Shown piece by piece: positions 10,676-20,063 of a stretch of DNA of 64,000 nucleotides. Position 1 is the first letter of the stretch. Every line of letters begins with the position of its first letter. A model generated the notes under the pieces. It worked only from the letters and a program-made list of their open reading frames with translations, was not told the DNA's origin and searched no databases. The stretch lies in contig OY969559.1 of the NCBI GenBank assembly GCA_963701075.1, forward strand, positions 672,001 through 736,000, in the 5' to 3' direction. Position numbers and translations under genes: made by a program. This DNA is from an uncultured Nitrososphaerota archaeon (GTDB lineage: Archaea > Thermoproteota > Nitrososphaeria > Nitrososphaerales > Nitrosopumilaceae).

Positions 10676-11326
10676 ATGGAAATCACAGTCAAACAAATGA
10701 TGCAAATTGAGGAAAATGGTCATCAGATGGGATTTCTTCGAAAACTGATGATGGAAAATGCTGGGGCATCAACAGCAAGATACCTACTTGAGAAATACAA
10801 GAACTTGCAGGAAAAGAAAATCATGGTATTTGCAGGATTAGGTAACAATGGGGGGGACTCGTTTGTGGTAGCAAGACATCTGGCAGGATTTGGATGCAAA
10901 CCCGATGTTGTTTTACTTGGAAACCCAGATAAAATAAAAACTGAGGAATCTATCTCAAATTGGAAAATTCTAGAAAAAATGAATTCAGTAAATCTTATGG
11001 TTACCTCTGATCCGACTTCAATTCTCCTTAATGCGGACATAATTGTTGATGGTATTTTTGGGACTGGAATTTCAGGTAAAATAAGAGAACCTCATGCTAC
11101 TGCAATAGATTTGATAAATAAATCTCAAGCCTTCAAGCTAGCGGTTGATGTGCCCTCTGGATTGGATCCTGATTCCGGTTCTGTGATAGATAAATGTGTA
11201 AAAGCAGATGTGACAATTACATACCATAAAATGAAGATTGGAATGCCAAAAAGATTGGACATGTGTGGAAAAATATTAGTTGAAAAAATAGGAATTCCGC
11301 CAGAGGCCGAAGTGGGAGTATTATGA
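10676..11326 (+). CDS. nnrE: NAD(P)H-hydrate epimerase (YjeF N-terminal domain)
   Basis: LMMENAG, GLGNNGGD, VDGIFGTG and AVDVPSG motifs. Confidence 0.92.
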   Translation: MEITVKQMMQIEENGHQMGFLRKLMMENAGASTARYLLEKYKNLQEKKIMVFAGLGNNGGDSFVVARHLAGFGCKPDVVLLGNPDKIKTEESISNWKILEKMNSVNLMVTSDPTSILLNADIIVDGIFGTGISGKIREPHATAIDLINKSQAFKLAVDVPSGLDPDSGSVIDKCVKADVTITYHKMKIGMPKRLDMCGKILVEKIGIPPEAEVGVL

Positions 11327-11936
11327 AAGTTTACCAGCTTGAAGTGGGAAGTATGCAAAATTTTACTTACATAGTTGAGGATGAACAAACAAGTGAAGCT
11401 GTAATTCTTGATCCTTCATGGGATCTTGATCTGATAGTGGAGATAATCGAGAAGAACAGTCTACAGGTAAAATATATCATAAACACTCATCATCATTTTG
11501 ACCATACTATAGGCAATGATGCCATGGTAAGAAAGACTGGAGTAAGATCTTACAGTATGCATCTTCAACCCTAAAAAACGATGTAACAGTATCTGAAGGT
11601 GACAAAATTATATTTGGAAATTCAGAACTTACTGTTATTCATACCCCGGGACATTCAAAAGACAGTATGTGTCTTGTTGGAGATGGCAAGATCTTCTCAG
11701 GTGACACATTATTTGTGGGAAACTGTGGCAGAATTGATCTTCCAGGAGGTAGTGCTAAAGAGCTTTATCACAGCTTATTTGATCTCATTTCAAAGATGGA
11801 TGAGAACCTGACTCTTTATCCTGGTCATAACTATGGTAATTCGCCAACGTCTACAATAGGAAGAGAAAAGAAAACCAATTTTGTACTTCAACCTAGAACA
11901 GAAAAAGAATTTTTAGAATTTATGAGTAGTGATTAA
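11323..11936 (+). CDS. MBL-fold metallo-hydrolase (apparent 1-nt deletion near 11543)
   Basis: THHHFDH in the first ORF; HTPGHS, FSGDTLF and YPGH follow after the frame change. Confidence 0.88.
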
Positions 11937-11939
11937 TTT

Positions 11940-12995
11940 TTGCAAGATATAGAGATACTAGGAAACAAGAAAGAAGGCTTGGATTTTATCGATAAGACAA
12001 AGCAAAAGAGATTTGCTTTTTCCCTAGTAATATCATATACTGCAACCTCAGAAATTCAAGGCATTACAATTGCTGGCGAACATCCTGACCTAATAAAATA
12101 TACTGGACCTGCAGATGCTGAGTTTATCCACTATGGATATTGTAAAAGCATATCTGTCATACCTATGACTCCTGACGGCAAACCCACGCCAGCTCTTCTG
12201 ACAAAAACAGCTTTAGAAGCAGCAAGCATACCAAGCATAGTGATTAATGCTGGAAGTAAAATTCCTCCAAAACTTCCATTTATAGATATGAATTTAGAAT
12301 ACGGAAAAAATATCTCAAGTGAAGCTGCATCAAGTCAAGAAGAGATAAGAAAAGCAGTAGAATATGGTAGAATAATTGGTAGATTTCTTGGTGCTTCAAC
12401 TGATTGTTTAGTAATTGGAGAAAGTATTCCGGGAGGAACCACAACAGCACTTGGAGTACTTGAAGGACTTGGTCTAAAGGCACTGGTAAGCAGCAGTATG
12501 CCTGATAATCCAACACGTCTCAAGAATGAAGTTGTAAAAAATGCACTAAAGAGAGTGCAATCAAATGATCCTTTTGACATTGTTGCAGAGATTGGTGATC
12601 CAATGATACCTACAGTTGCTGGAATACTTAGTACCTCGTCTGAAATCACAAAAGTATTACTAGCAGGTGGAACACAGATGGCAGCAGTCTTATGCTTTGC
12701 AAAAAGTATGGATTTCAACGGTAAAAACACTGCTATAGGCACTACCTCCTATGTTGCAGATGACAAGTCAGCAAATTTAGCTGAAACGGTTGGCCAAATA
12801 TTTGATATCCCGATACTAGTTGCCAAACTTAGACTTGGCCAATCCAGTATTCCTGGTCTTCGTTCCTATGCTGAAGGATTTGTCAAAGAAGGGGCAGGTG
12901 CAGGAGGAGCTTCTATAGCATGTATGTTAAAAACTGGAATGAACGCGGAAAAATTACTTGCCCTCACAGAAAAAGAATACCAAAAAATCACTTGA
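11940..12995 (+). CDS. cobT: Archaeal-type nicotinate-nucleotide phosphoribosyltransferase CobT (TIGR00303-like)
   Basis: PTPALLT, GESIPGGTTTA, LAGGTQM and GFVKEGAGAGG motifs. Confidence 0.87.
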   Translation: MQDIEILGNKKEGLDFIDKTKQKRFAFSLVISYTATSEIQGITIAGEHPDLIKYTGPADAEFIHYGYCKSISVIPMTPDGKPTPALLTKTALEAASIPSIVINAGSKIPPKLPFIDMNLEYGKNISSEAASSQEEIRKAVEYGRIIGRFLGASTDCLVIGESIPGGTTTALGVLEGLGLKALVSSSMPDNPTRLKNEVVKNALKRVQSNDPFDIVAEIGDPMIPTVAGILSTSSEITKVLLAGGTQMAAVLCFAKSMDFNGKNTAIGTTSYVADDKSANLAETVGQIFDIPILVAKLRLGQSSIPGLRSYAEGFVKEGAGAGGASIACMLKTGMNAEKLLALTEKEYQKIT

Positions 12996-14748
12996 CTGTC
13001 ACAGATTTTGCCAAGTTTCTGGGATAGTCAGGATCCGTGTTCTTTTCAACAGCTGCATAATAAGCCAAAAGTTGGACAGGTACTATTTCCACTAACGGAT
13101 ACATGGATTCATCCATCTGTGGTATCTCTACCCAGTAATCATAAACATCGCTAGGCTTGTCTGAAATCCCGATGACCTTTGCACCCCTGGCCTTTATTTC
13201 ACGTGCACTAGTTAACGTATCAGAGTAGGTAGAATCACTTGGATTTATCATAATGACATATGTATTAGAATCCATTAATGCAAGCGGCCCATGTTTTAGC
13301 TCTCCTCCGGGAAGACCCTCTGCATGTATATACGTGAGTTCCTTTAGTTTTAGTGAAGCTTCTAACGCTATAGGGTAATGGATTCCCCTTCCAAGTATGT
13401 ATATGTCAGATACATCTTTGATCTTCTTTGCTATTTCCTTAATCTTAGAATCGTCAGAAAGAATCTTTTTGATTGCTTCTGATACTTTGGTAAAATCCAT
13501 GCCAGCACTACCATTGCATATCTTATCGGTCATTTTGTATAATATAGCAAGTTGCGCAGTGAAACTCTTTGTCGCAGCTACTCCTATTTCAGGACCGCAA
13601 CCTAGTCCTATGGATATAGATGATAAATGAACTAGAGATGATGTCATTATATTTACAATTGAAATAATTTTGGTACCTGCTTTTTTTGCAATATTTACAG
13701 CCTCCAATACATCTGCACTTTCACCACTTTGAGACAATGCTATCAAAATGGATTGTTGCTCAAAAATATCAGGGGAAAAATGTGCCTCGCTTGAGATTAT
13801 TGGCTCTATCTTGATCTTTGCATATTTTGAAAAAAGGAATTTGGCTACAAGCGCAGCATTATAGCTTGTTCCACTGCCAGTTATGTAAAGTGTTTTTGCA
13901 TGTCGGACAAAATCAGTTGCTAGATCAAGTTCAAGTTTTGTGTTATTTCCTGCATTTGATATCGTAGTAGGCTGCTCTGATATTTCCTTGAGAGTAAAAT
14001 GTGCATATTCTCCCTTGTATACATCGGCAAATTCTTTTGATACTTTGGTGATTTGATGTTGTACCGGATTTGTGTCAAAATCAAAAATCTGAATTCCAGA
14101 TGCGTTGATAATTACAAATTCTCTATTATCCAAATAAATAACTTCGTCTGTGTGTTCCACAAATCCTAAAACATCACTAGAGATGAAGTATCCTTCTTTT
14201 CCAATTCCTATTATAAGAGGTTCATGAAATCTTGCTGCAGACAATGTCCCGTCTTCAAAAACAGCTACAAAAGCATAACTTCCTTTAAGATCAGAAACAG
14301 TATGAGTCATTGACTGCTTTATGTCTCTAGTTTTATCGTAATGATATTGAAGAAGATTTGCAATTACTTCACTGTCTGTCTGACTTTTGAATGCATAACC
14401 TTTCTGTTGAAGTTCTCTCTTTAATTCCTCGTGATTTTCTATTATTCCATTGTGAACAATAGCTATCTCTCCAGTGCTAGATGGATGAGGATGAGCATTT
14501 GTATCAGTAACCATGCCATGTGTGGCCCATCTTGTATGTCCTATTCCGACAGTTCCTGAAAGTTCGTCAAGTCTTACTGCCTTATTTACTTCCATTACTT
14601 TTCCTACTCCTTTTCTTACTAGAATGTGATTATTAGAAAATGTAGCAACCCCGACGCTGTCATAACCGCGATATTCCATTCTCTTTAGGCCCTTAACTAT
14701 TATCGGTGCAGCTTGGTTGATGCCTAGATATCCTATGATTGAACACAT
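12988..14748 (-). CDS. glmS: Glutamine--fructose-6-phosphate transaminase
   Basis: N-terminal Cys, GHTRWATHG, SQSGES and PRNLAKSVTV motifs. Confidence 0.96.
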   Translation of the reverse strand: MCSIIGYLGINQAAPIIVKGLKRMEYRGYDSVGVATFSNNHILVRKGVGKVMEVNKAVRLDELSGTVGIGHTRWATHGMVTDTNAHPHPSSTGEIAIVHNGIIENHEELKRELQQKGYAFKSQTDSEVIANLLQYHYDKTRDIKQSMTHTVSDLKGSYAFVAVFEDGTLSAARFHEPLIIGIGKEGYFISSDVLGFVEHTDEVIYLDNREFVIINASGIQIFDFDTNPVQHQITKVSKEFADVYKGEYAHFTLKEISEQPTTISNAGNNTKLELDLATDFVRHAKTLYITGSGTSYNAALVAKFLFSKYAKIKIEPIISSEAHFSPDIFEQQSILIALSQSGESADVLEAVNIAKKAGTKIISIVNIMTSSLVHLSSISIGLGCGPEIGVAATKSFTAQLAILYKMTDKICNGSAGMDFTKVSEAIKKILSDDSKIKEIAKKIKDVSDIYILGRGIHYPIALEASLKLKELTYIHAEGLPGGELKHGPLALMDSNTYVIMINPSDSTYSDTLTSAREIKARGAKVIGISDKPSDVYDYWVEIPQMDESMYPLVEIVPVQLLAYYAAVEKNTDPDYPRNLAKSVTVK

Positions 14749-14794
14749 ATCGCTATTTTATGTCATTTCTGTATAAATAATAATTGTGTATGTT

Positions 14795-15334
14795 TTACTC
14801 GGTTGGCTGTTCAGTTTTTACTTCTTCAGCGGGTTTTTGCTTGGCTTTACCCAAGTCTACCTCAGGTGACAAACCCACTTGGTTTTCTTCTTCTACAGTT
14901 ACAGTATAAGATGGAATGTTTATTGTCCTCTCTCCTATCATGACATGTCCATGTACAACGGCTTGTCTTGCAAGGTAAGGACTTTTGATATTGGCTTTTT
15001 TCTGAATCACTGTTTGTAATCTGCGCGATAGTAAATCAGTTACTTTCAGATTTAAAACATCATCTAAGGTGGAATCTTCTTTTACTAATCCTATTCGCGT
15101 CAACGATCTCATGAGAATTGGCTCTTTATTGCTTCTTACCTCTTGCGTTAAAGCCAAAAGAGATCTTGCTTGATTTCTTATTCTGGAAAGTTCTGTATGT
15201 GCTTTCCAGAGTTCTCTCTTGTTCTTAAGTCCATAAGTGCCAAGAACATATAGTTCTTCACTCAATAGATCATAATTTAGAGGACGCTTTGGCTTTCTCC
15301 ACATTTTGCGAGAATTCTTTGGATGATCTCCCAT
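14795..15334 (-). CDS. rps4: 30S ribosomal protein S4
   Basis: YGLKNKRELW, RRLQT and ARQAVVHGHV motifs. Confidence 0.96.
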   Translation of the reverse strand: MGDHPKNSRKMWRKPKRPLNYDLLSEELYVLGTYGLKNKRELWKAHTELSRIRNQARSLLALTQEVRSNKEPILMRSLTRIGLVKEDSTLDDVLNLKVTDLLSRRLQTVIQKKANIKSPYLARQAVVHGHVMIGERTINIPSYTVTVEEENQVGLSPEVDLGKAKQKPAEEVKTEQPTE

Positions 15335-15343
15335 CTATCTCAC

Positions 15344-15979
15344 CTATTTGGCCTTCTTTTCCGCGGCTGGCTTTGCAGTAGACTTCGTATCCTTTGCAGG
15401 AGCTGCCGCTCCTTTTGTAGCAGCTGCAGGAGCTGCCGCACCTTTCTCAGTTGAAGTAGCTGCAGGAGCTGCTGCGGCACCTGCTGCAGGAGCTGCCGCG
15501 CCTTCGACTGGTGCACCAGCTGGTAACACCTTTCCGCCCTTACGAACTCCTACTGCACCACCTTTTCTGCCAGTTGTGCGAGTTCTTTGTCCTCTTACCT
15601 TTAATCCATAAGTATGACGAAATCCTCTCCAACTATTCATTCCCTTTTCTCTTTCAACATCATTTCTCACATTGAAATCTATGTCAGAAGTAATCAAATG
15701 TAGATTGTTACCTGAATCCATGTCTTTTCTTCTGTTAAGGAACCATGGAGGAATATTGACTGATGATGGATTTCTCATTGCTTTTTCTATCTCTTCAACT
15801 TGAGACTCGGTGAGAAAACCTACGTTACTATTAGGATTTATTTTTAATATATCTAAGATAGATTTTGCAAAACTGTAACCCATTCCTTTTACTTGACTTA
15901 TGCCTATTATGGTCTTTTTAGCACCAGGTATATCTTTACCCGCAATCCTAACAATGTGTCTAAATTCTTGTGAAGACAA
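15344..15979 (-). CDS. rps13: 30S ribosomal protein S13 with Ala/Pro-rich C-terminal tail
   Basis: [22 protein letters not shown]. The tail is built from GAAAPAA repeats. Confidence 0.96.
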   Translation of the reverse strand: MSSQEFRHIVRIAGKDIPGAKKTIIGISQVKGMGYSFAKSILDILKINPNSNVGFLTESQVEEIEKAMRNPSSVNIPPWFLNRRKDMDSGNNLHLITSDIDFNVRNDVEREKGMNSWRGFRHTYGLKVRGQRTRTTGRKGGAVGVRKGGKVLPAGAPVEGAAAPAAGAAAAPAATSTEKGAAAPAAATKGAAAPAKDTKSTAKPAAEKKAK

Positions 15980-16063
15980 GTATTGAAAAATCCCCTCTAT
16001 CCCCGATAAAAACCATGCTAAAATAATAATACTTTAAATCAGAATTCTGCTGTACTTAGCATA

Positions 16064-17698
16064 TTGACACAGGATCTTGAAAATCTTATTAATCGAAGCT
16101 ACAATTCGGAGCCAAAATATACTGAAGTAATGGCAGGCGTTCCCGAGGATTACAAACAAGTCAAGACATTAGGAGATCTCTTGCAAATTAATTACAAGAT
16201 AGTAGGTGCTAAAGAACAACTACGAAGGAACTTGATTTCGAAGATCAAGACAAATAGTATCAAATATCCTGGCATAATAGGATTTGATAGTGACGTCATT
16301 CCATCTCTTGATCGTGCCATATTGTCATGTCATGATATAATACTAGTCGGTCAAATTGGTCAGGCCAAAACAAGGATTGCTCAAACAATTGCGGAAAACT
16401 TGCTTTCACCAATGCCGGTGATAAGAGGAAGCATCACAAATGATTGTCCGATGGATCTGCCATCTCATGAATTACTCCGCTTACTACAAGATGGGGAAAA
16501 TTCTATGTCAAGTCCTAGATTTTACGTGGATTCTAGCAGCATGGAAAAGATTCGTAATAATAAACTTGAAACGCCAATAGAATGGTTATGGGGAAAAGAC
16601 AGATTCAAATATGTTCTCGCAACACCTGACATTTCTGTAAAAGATCTAGTGGGACAGATTGATGCAATAAAAATAACAAAAAAAGGAACAGAAATGTATG
16701 AAATCGAATCTTATTCTCCTGGCCAACTAATGCAGGCAAAACACGGTTTATTCTGCATTGATGAACTTCCAGTACTTGATACACGCAAACAAGTTTCTCT
16801 TCTTTCAGTATTGCAAGAAGGAAGATTTACTACCGGAGCTTATCCAGTAATTTTTGAACCAAAAACTGCATTTTTTGCCACTGCAAATCCGATAGATTAT
16901 ACGCACGCCGGTAAAATAATCGAACCTCTCTACGACAGATTAAAAAGTCATATACGCACACATTATCCCAAAACATTGAATCATGAAATGCTCATTATTG
17001 CTCAAGAATCTAAAGTGCCAAAATCATTCATTCCTATTTTTATGCTCAAAGTGTTGGCAAGAATAACACAAAATGCACGTTCAAGTCATGAAATTAATCA
17101 GGATAAAGGCGTCAGTGTGAGAATGAGTATTCACAGTCTTGAGCTATTGGTTGGTGAAGCAGAAAGAACAAGATCCTTATCTCATAATATATTGCCAGTA
17201 CCTAGGCCAAGTGATATATTTTGTATAGAACAATGTGCTAAATTCGAACTTGCTGAATTGGATGATACTGCAGAAAATCGACAAAAAACATTGAAGCATC
17301 TGATCGATACTGCCATGAAGGATACTTCACTTGAATATCTCAATGATGTTGAACAGAGTATATTTGATATGATTAAAATGGAATTTACAGGCAAAACCTT
17401 TGTAGTTTCCCAATCAATTTTAGGCTCTAATAGTCTAGAAACTTCCTATGAAAATCAACTCCAGAATTTTAAATCTCTATCAGTCTTGGTGGATAAAATT
17501 TATCAAAAGACATTATCTGAACAAAGTGAATTTGTGAATCAAGCCAAAAAACATAACGTGTGCCAAGATCCTCTAATGTTTTCTGAAGTGATACGTCATG
17601 AGCTTAGGTCTGCAATATTAGAATTAACTCTAGATGGGCTTTGCTATGTGGAACCTAAGATTTTGGACAGGAAAGAAGGCACATACATTGCAGCATAA
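16064..17698 (+). CDS. AAA+ ATPase (MoxR/Mg-chelatase-related)
   Basis: Degenerate Walker A (GQIGQAKT), Walker B (FCIDE), TANP and LYDR motifs. Confidence 0.85.
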   Translation: MTQDLENLINRSYNSEPKYTEVMAGVPEDYKQVKTLGDLLQINYKIVGAKEQLRRNLISKIKTNSIKYPGIIGFDSDVIPSLDRAILSCHDIILVGQIGQAKTRIAQTIAENLLSPMPVIRGSITNDCPMDLPSHELLRLLQDGENSMSSPRFYVDSSSMEKIRNNKLETPIEWLWGKDRFKYVLATPDISVKDLVGQIDAIKITKKGTEMYEIESYSPGQLMQAKHGLFCIDELPVLDTRKQVSLLSVLQEGRFTTGAYPVIFEPKTAFFATANPIDYTHAGKIIEPLYDRLKSHIRTHYPKTLNHEMLIIAQESKVPKSFIPIFMLKVLARITQNARSSHEINQDKGVSVRMSIHSLELLVGEAERTRSLSHNILPVPRPSDIFCIEQCAKFELAELDDTAENRQKTLKHLIDTAMKDTSLEYLNDVEQSIFDMIKMEFTGKTFVVSQSILGSNSLETSYENQLQNFKSLSVLVDKIYQKTLSEQSEFVNQAKKHNVCQDPLMFSEVIRHELRSAILELTLDGLCYVEPKILDRKEGTYIAA

Positions 17699-17699
17699 C

Positions 17700-19028
17700 A
17701 TGGTAAACTTTCTCTATTTTCTAAATGAAAAGAAAAACTCGAAAGGTTCTGATTTAGATGTATCAAATGAACAACTCAGCAAAATTCTAAAAATGATGGC
17801 AAAACAGGTGATAAAAGAGAAGCCCCCTTCTGTACAGGATTTGGAGAGAATACTTCAGGGAATGACACAGGAACAGTCATCACAATCTGAAATGGATGAA
17901 GAACCTAAAAATGAACTGGATATTCATGGTAATAATGAGCCAATAACAAAATACCTACAGAAAAAAGGTTACCTAAAAGATGACAAAAGATGGCTTACTA
18001 ACAAAGGATTTTTTGAAATTGGTCAGAGGATGCTTGAGGATATAATAAAAGCAATAAACGAGGGAGGATTTGGACTTCATGAAACAAAAAACATGGGATC
18101 TGGTAGTACTATACTGGATACTACAAAAAAACTTGAGATAGGCGATGATATAAAAAATCTAGACATACCAAAGACAATACTGAATTCTGTACAAAGATCT
18201 AGGCGTAAGCAATTAACAATCGAACTACCGATTCAGTTGGAGTTAGAGGACTTTGAAAAATTTGAAACACTAGAAGAAGTAAAGGTTGCAGTTGTTTACT
18301 GCATTGATTTAAGCTCCACAATGAAATATTCTCTTGGTTCTGGTGAAGGAAGTAGGATAGAAGCTGCAAAGAAAGCTCTGTGGGCATTATATGTTTTAAA
18401 TAAGAAATTCTTTCCAAATGACTCTATCTACGTTGTAGGCTTTGGCTCTCTGGCGTCAGAAATTAAACAGCGTGACATACCATACCTTAAAACTTTTGAT
18501 GCAAATGATAATTTTTTACACTATACAAATTACCAAGCAGCATTTCGACTTGCTCTGAAGATTCTAAAAAAAGATGGTTCACACAATAAACGTATAGTTA
18601 TGATTACAGATGGTCAACCCTCTGCATGTTTTGTAGATGACGAATCTCAAAAAAATGCAATCTTGTCAGATAAACCATATTCGCATTTCTACAAACCTGA
18701 CAATGAAACTCTCGCCAAAATGAAAAATGAGAGGGAAGTAAAACTGGACATTGGGAATGAAATGGTATATCTTTGTTATAGGTACAAGCAAGTCGACTCT
18801 GCTATTGATACCAAAACATTACAGGAGGCAAAAAAATGCAAACGTGAGGGAATTGAGATTGATACAATCATGGTAAGCGAAGAGGAAGAGCTTCTAAGCT
18901 ATGTTGAAAATCTAGAAAAGCACCTAAAAGGAAGAGCTTATTACATTAATCCTGAAAAAATTGATAAAATTCTAATAAGCGATTTCATTTCAAACAAGAA
19001 AAGAATACTTGGCTCAAAACATGGTTAG
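17700..19028 (+). CDS. VWA domain protein, partner of the upstream AAA+ ATPase
   Basis: MIDAS motif DLSSTM, plus YTNY and ITDGQP. Confidence 0.87.
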   Translation: MVNFLYFLNEKKNSKGSDLDVSNEQLSKILKMMAKQVIKEKPPSVQDLERILQGMTQEQSSQSEMDEEPKNELDIHGNNEPITKYLQKKGYLKDDKRWLTNKGFFEIGQRMLEDIIKAINEGGFGLHETKNMGSGSTILDTTKKLEIGDDIKNLDIPKTILNSVQRSRRKQLTIELPIQLELEDFEKFETLEEVKVAVVYCIDLSSTMKYSLGSGEGSRIEAAKKALWALYVLNKKFFPNDSIYVVGFGSLASEIKQRDIPYLKTFDANDNFLHYTNYQAAFRLALKILKKDGSHNKRIVMITDGQPSACFVDDESQKNAILSDKPYSHFYKPDNETLAKMKNEREVKLDIGNEMVYLCYRYKQVDSAIDTKTLQEAKKCKREGIEIDTIMVSEEEELLSYVENLEKHLKGRAYYINPEKIDKILISDFISNKKRILGSKHG

Positions 19029-19032
19029 TAAT

Positions 19033-19344
19033 ATGAACGAAGATTTTGATAAACGACAAATGATGGATATACTTGTAGATCCTAATGTTTCAGTAATTTT
19101 ATCTGAACTAGAGTATGGTGAAAAGGATTCTATCTATCTCACTGAGAAATTACAAATATCAGAAAATGAGATAAAATCACGACTATCATACGTTACTGAA
19201 CATGGATTTGTTATCATGCGACAAGATGGAAAAAACACAAGTTTTAGCGTAGATACGGGTAAACTCAATAAAATTATGGAAGCAGACGAAAACTTTGCTA
19301 GTGTGGTTGATGGATTGACCGAGCTAGACCAATTCCTCAATTAG
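19033..19344 (+). CDS. Winged helix-turn-helix protein
   Basis: ArsR-like pattern (DPNVSVILSEL...LQISENEIKSRLSYVTEHGFV); cotranscribed with the AAA+/VWA pair. Confidence 0.6.
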   Translation: MNEDFDKRQMMDILVDPNVSVILSELEYGEKDSIYLTEKLQISENEIKSRLSYVTEHGFVIMRQDGKNTSFSVDTGKLNKIMEADENFASVVDGLTELDQFLN

Positions 19345-19456
19345 CATCATAGTTGGTTATTTCGCCTTGTATGGTAATCTATTAACAGCTAAAATCTCAT
19401 AATATCAGATGTTCTAGTATCATTCTTCATTGGTTCGTATTTCTCTTTTGTTCTTT

Positions 19457-19990
19457 TCATTCATTCTCGGCATGCCCTCTTTTGTCTTGATTGTAATTGC
19501 CTCGATTTTTTATAAAGTACATCATGCCTATGGCAAGGCCGCTTAGGCCCACTATTAAAACTATGATGCTTAATACATCAAACAAGGTTGCACCTTGTGG
19601 ATAATACCCAATAATTCCAAGCACTTGCATATCTGTCTGTGCTGTATTCTGTATTTTCAATTCATAGATGCCTGTAGAAGAGATTGTGAAATTTTCTTGA
19701 AATGGACTTGTTACTATTGATTTTGTAGTTATGGCGTTTCCGTTAGGATCAATAACACTGATACCAAGATTATCACCATCTTTAAAATCTGATATCTGAA
19801 TTGAATAAACTCCGTCCTTACTCTTTATCGGGTCTAAACTCTTACTAACATTCATCGATGAACCTGTTGTTAGACTTTGCTGTACACTGGCCAGACTATC
19901 CGTTTCAGATTCAGATTGGAGAAATGAAATCGCTATACCACTTATTACAAGAATTACACTAATTATCAGGATAGTCTTTGGTTTTGCCAT
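19457..19990 (-). CDS. Hypothetical membrane protein (2 TM, beta-sandwich ectodomain)
   Basis: N- and C-terminal hydrophobic helices flank a beta-rich region (GIYELKIQN). Confidence 0.7.
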   Translation of the reverse strand: MAKPKTILIISVILVISGIAISFLQSESETDSLASVQQSLTTGSSMNVSKSLDPIKSKDGVYSIQISDFKDGDNLGISVIDPNGNAITTKSIVTSPFQENFTISSTGIYELKIQNTAQTDMQVLGIIGYYPQGATLFDVLSIIVLIVGLSGLAIGMMYFIKNRGNYNQDKRGHAENE

Positions 19991-20063
19991 GTTTGGGCTC
20001 AGCAGGTCTTAGTTAAAACTTAGCTGTTTCTTGATTTCATGATTTATTTGAGGCTATTAGAAT

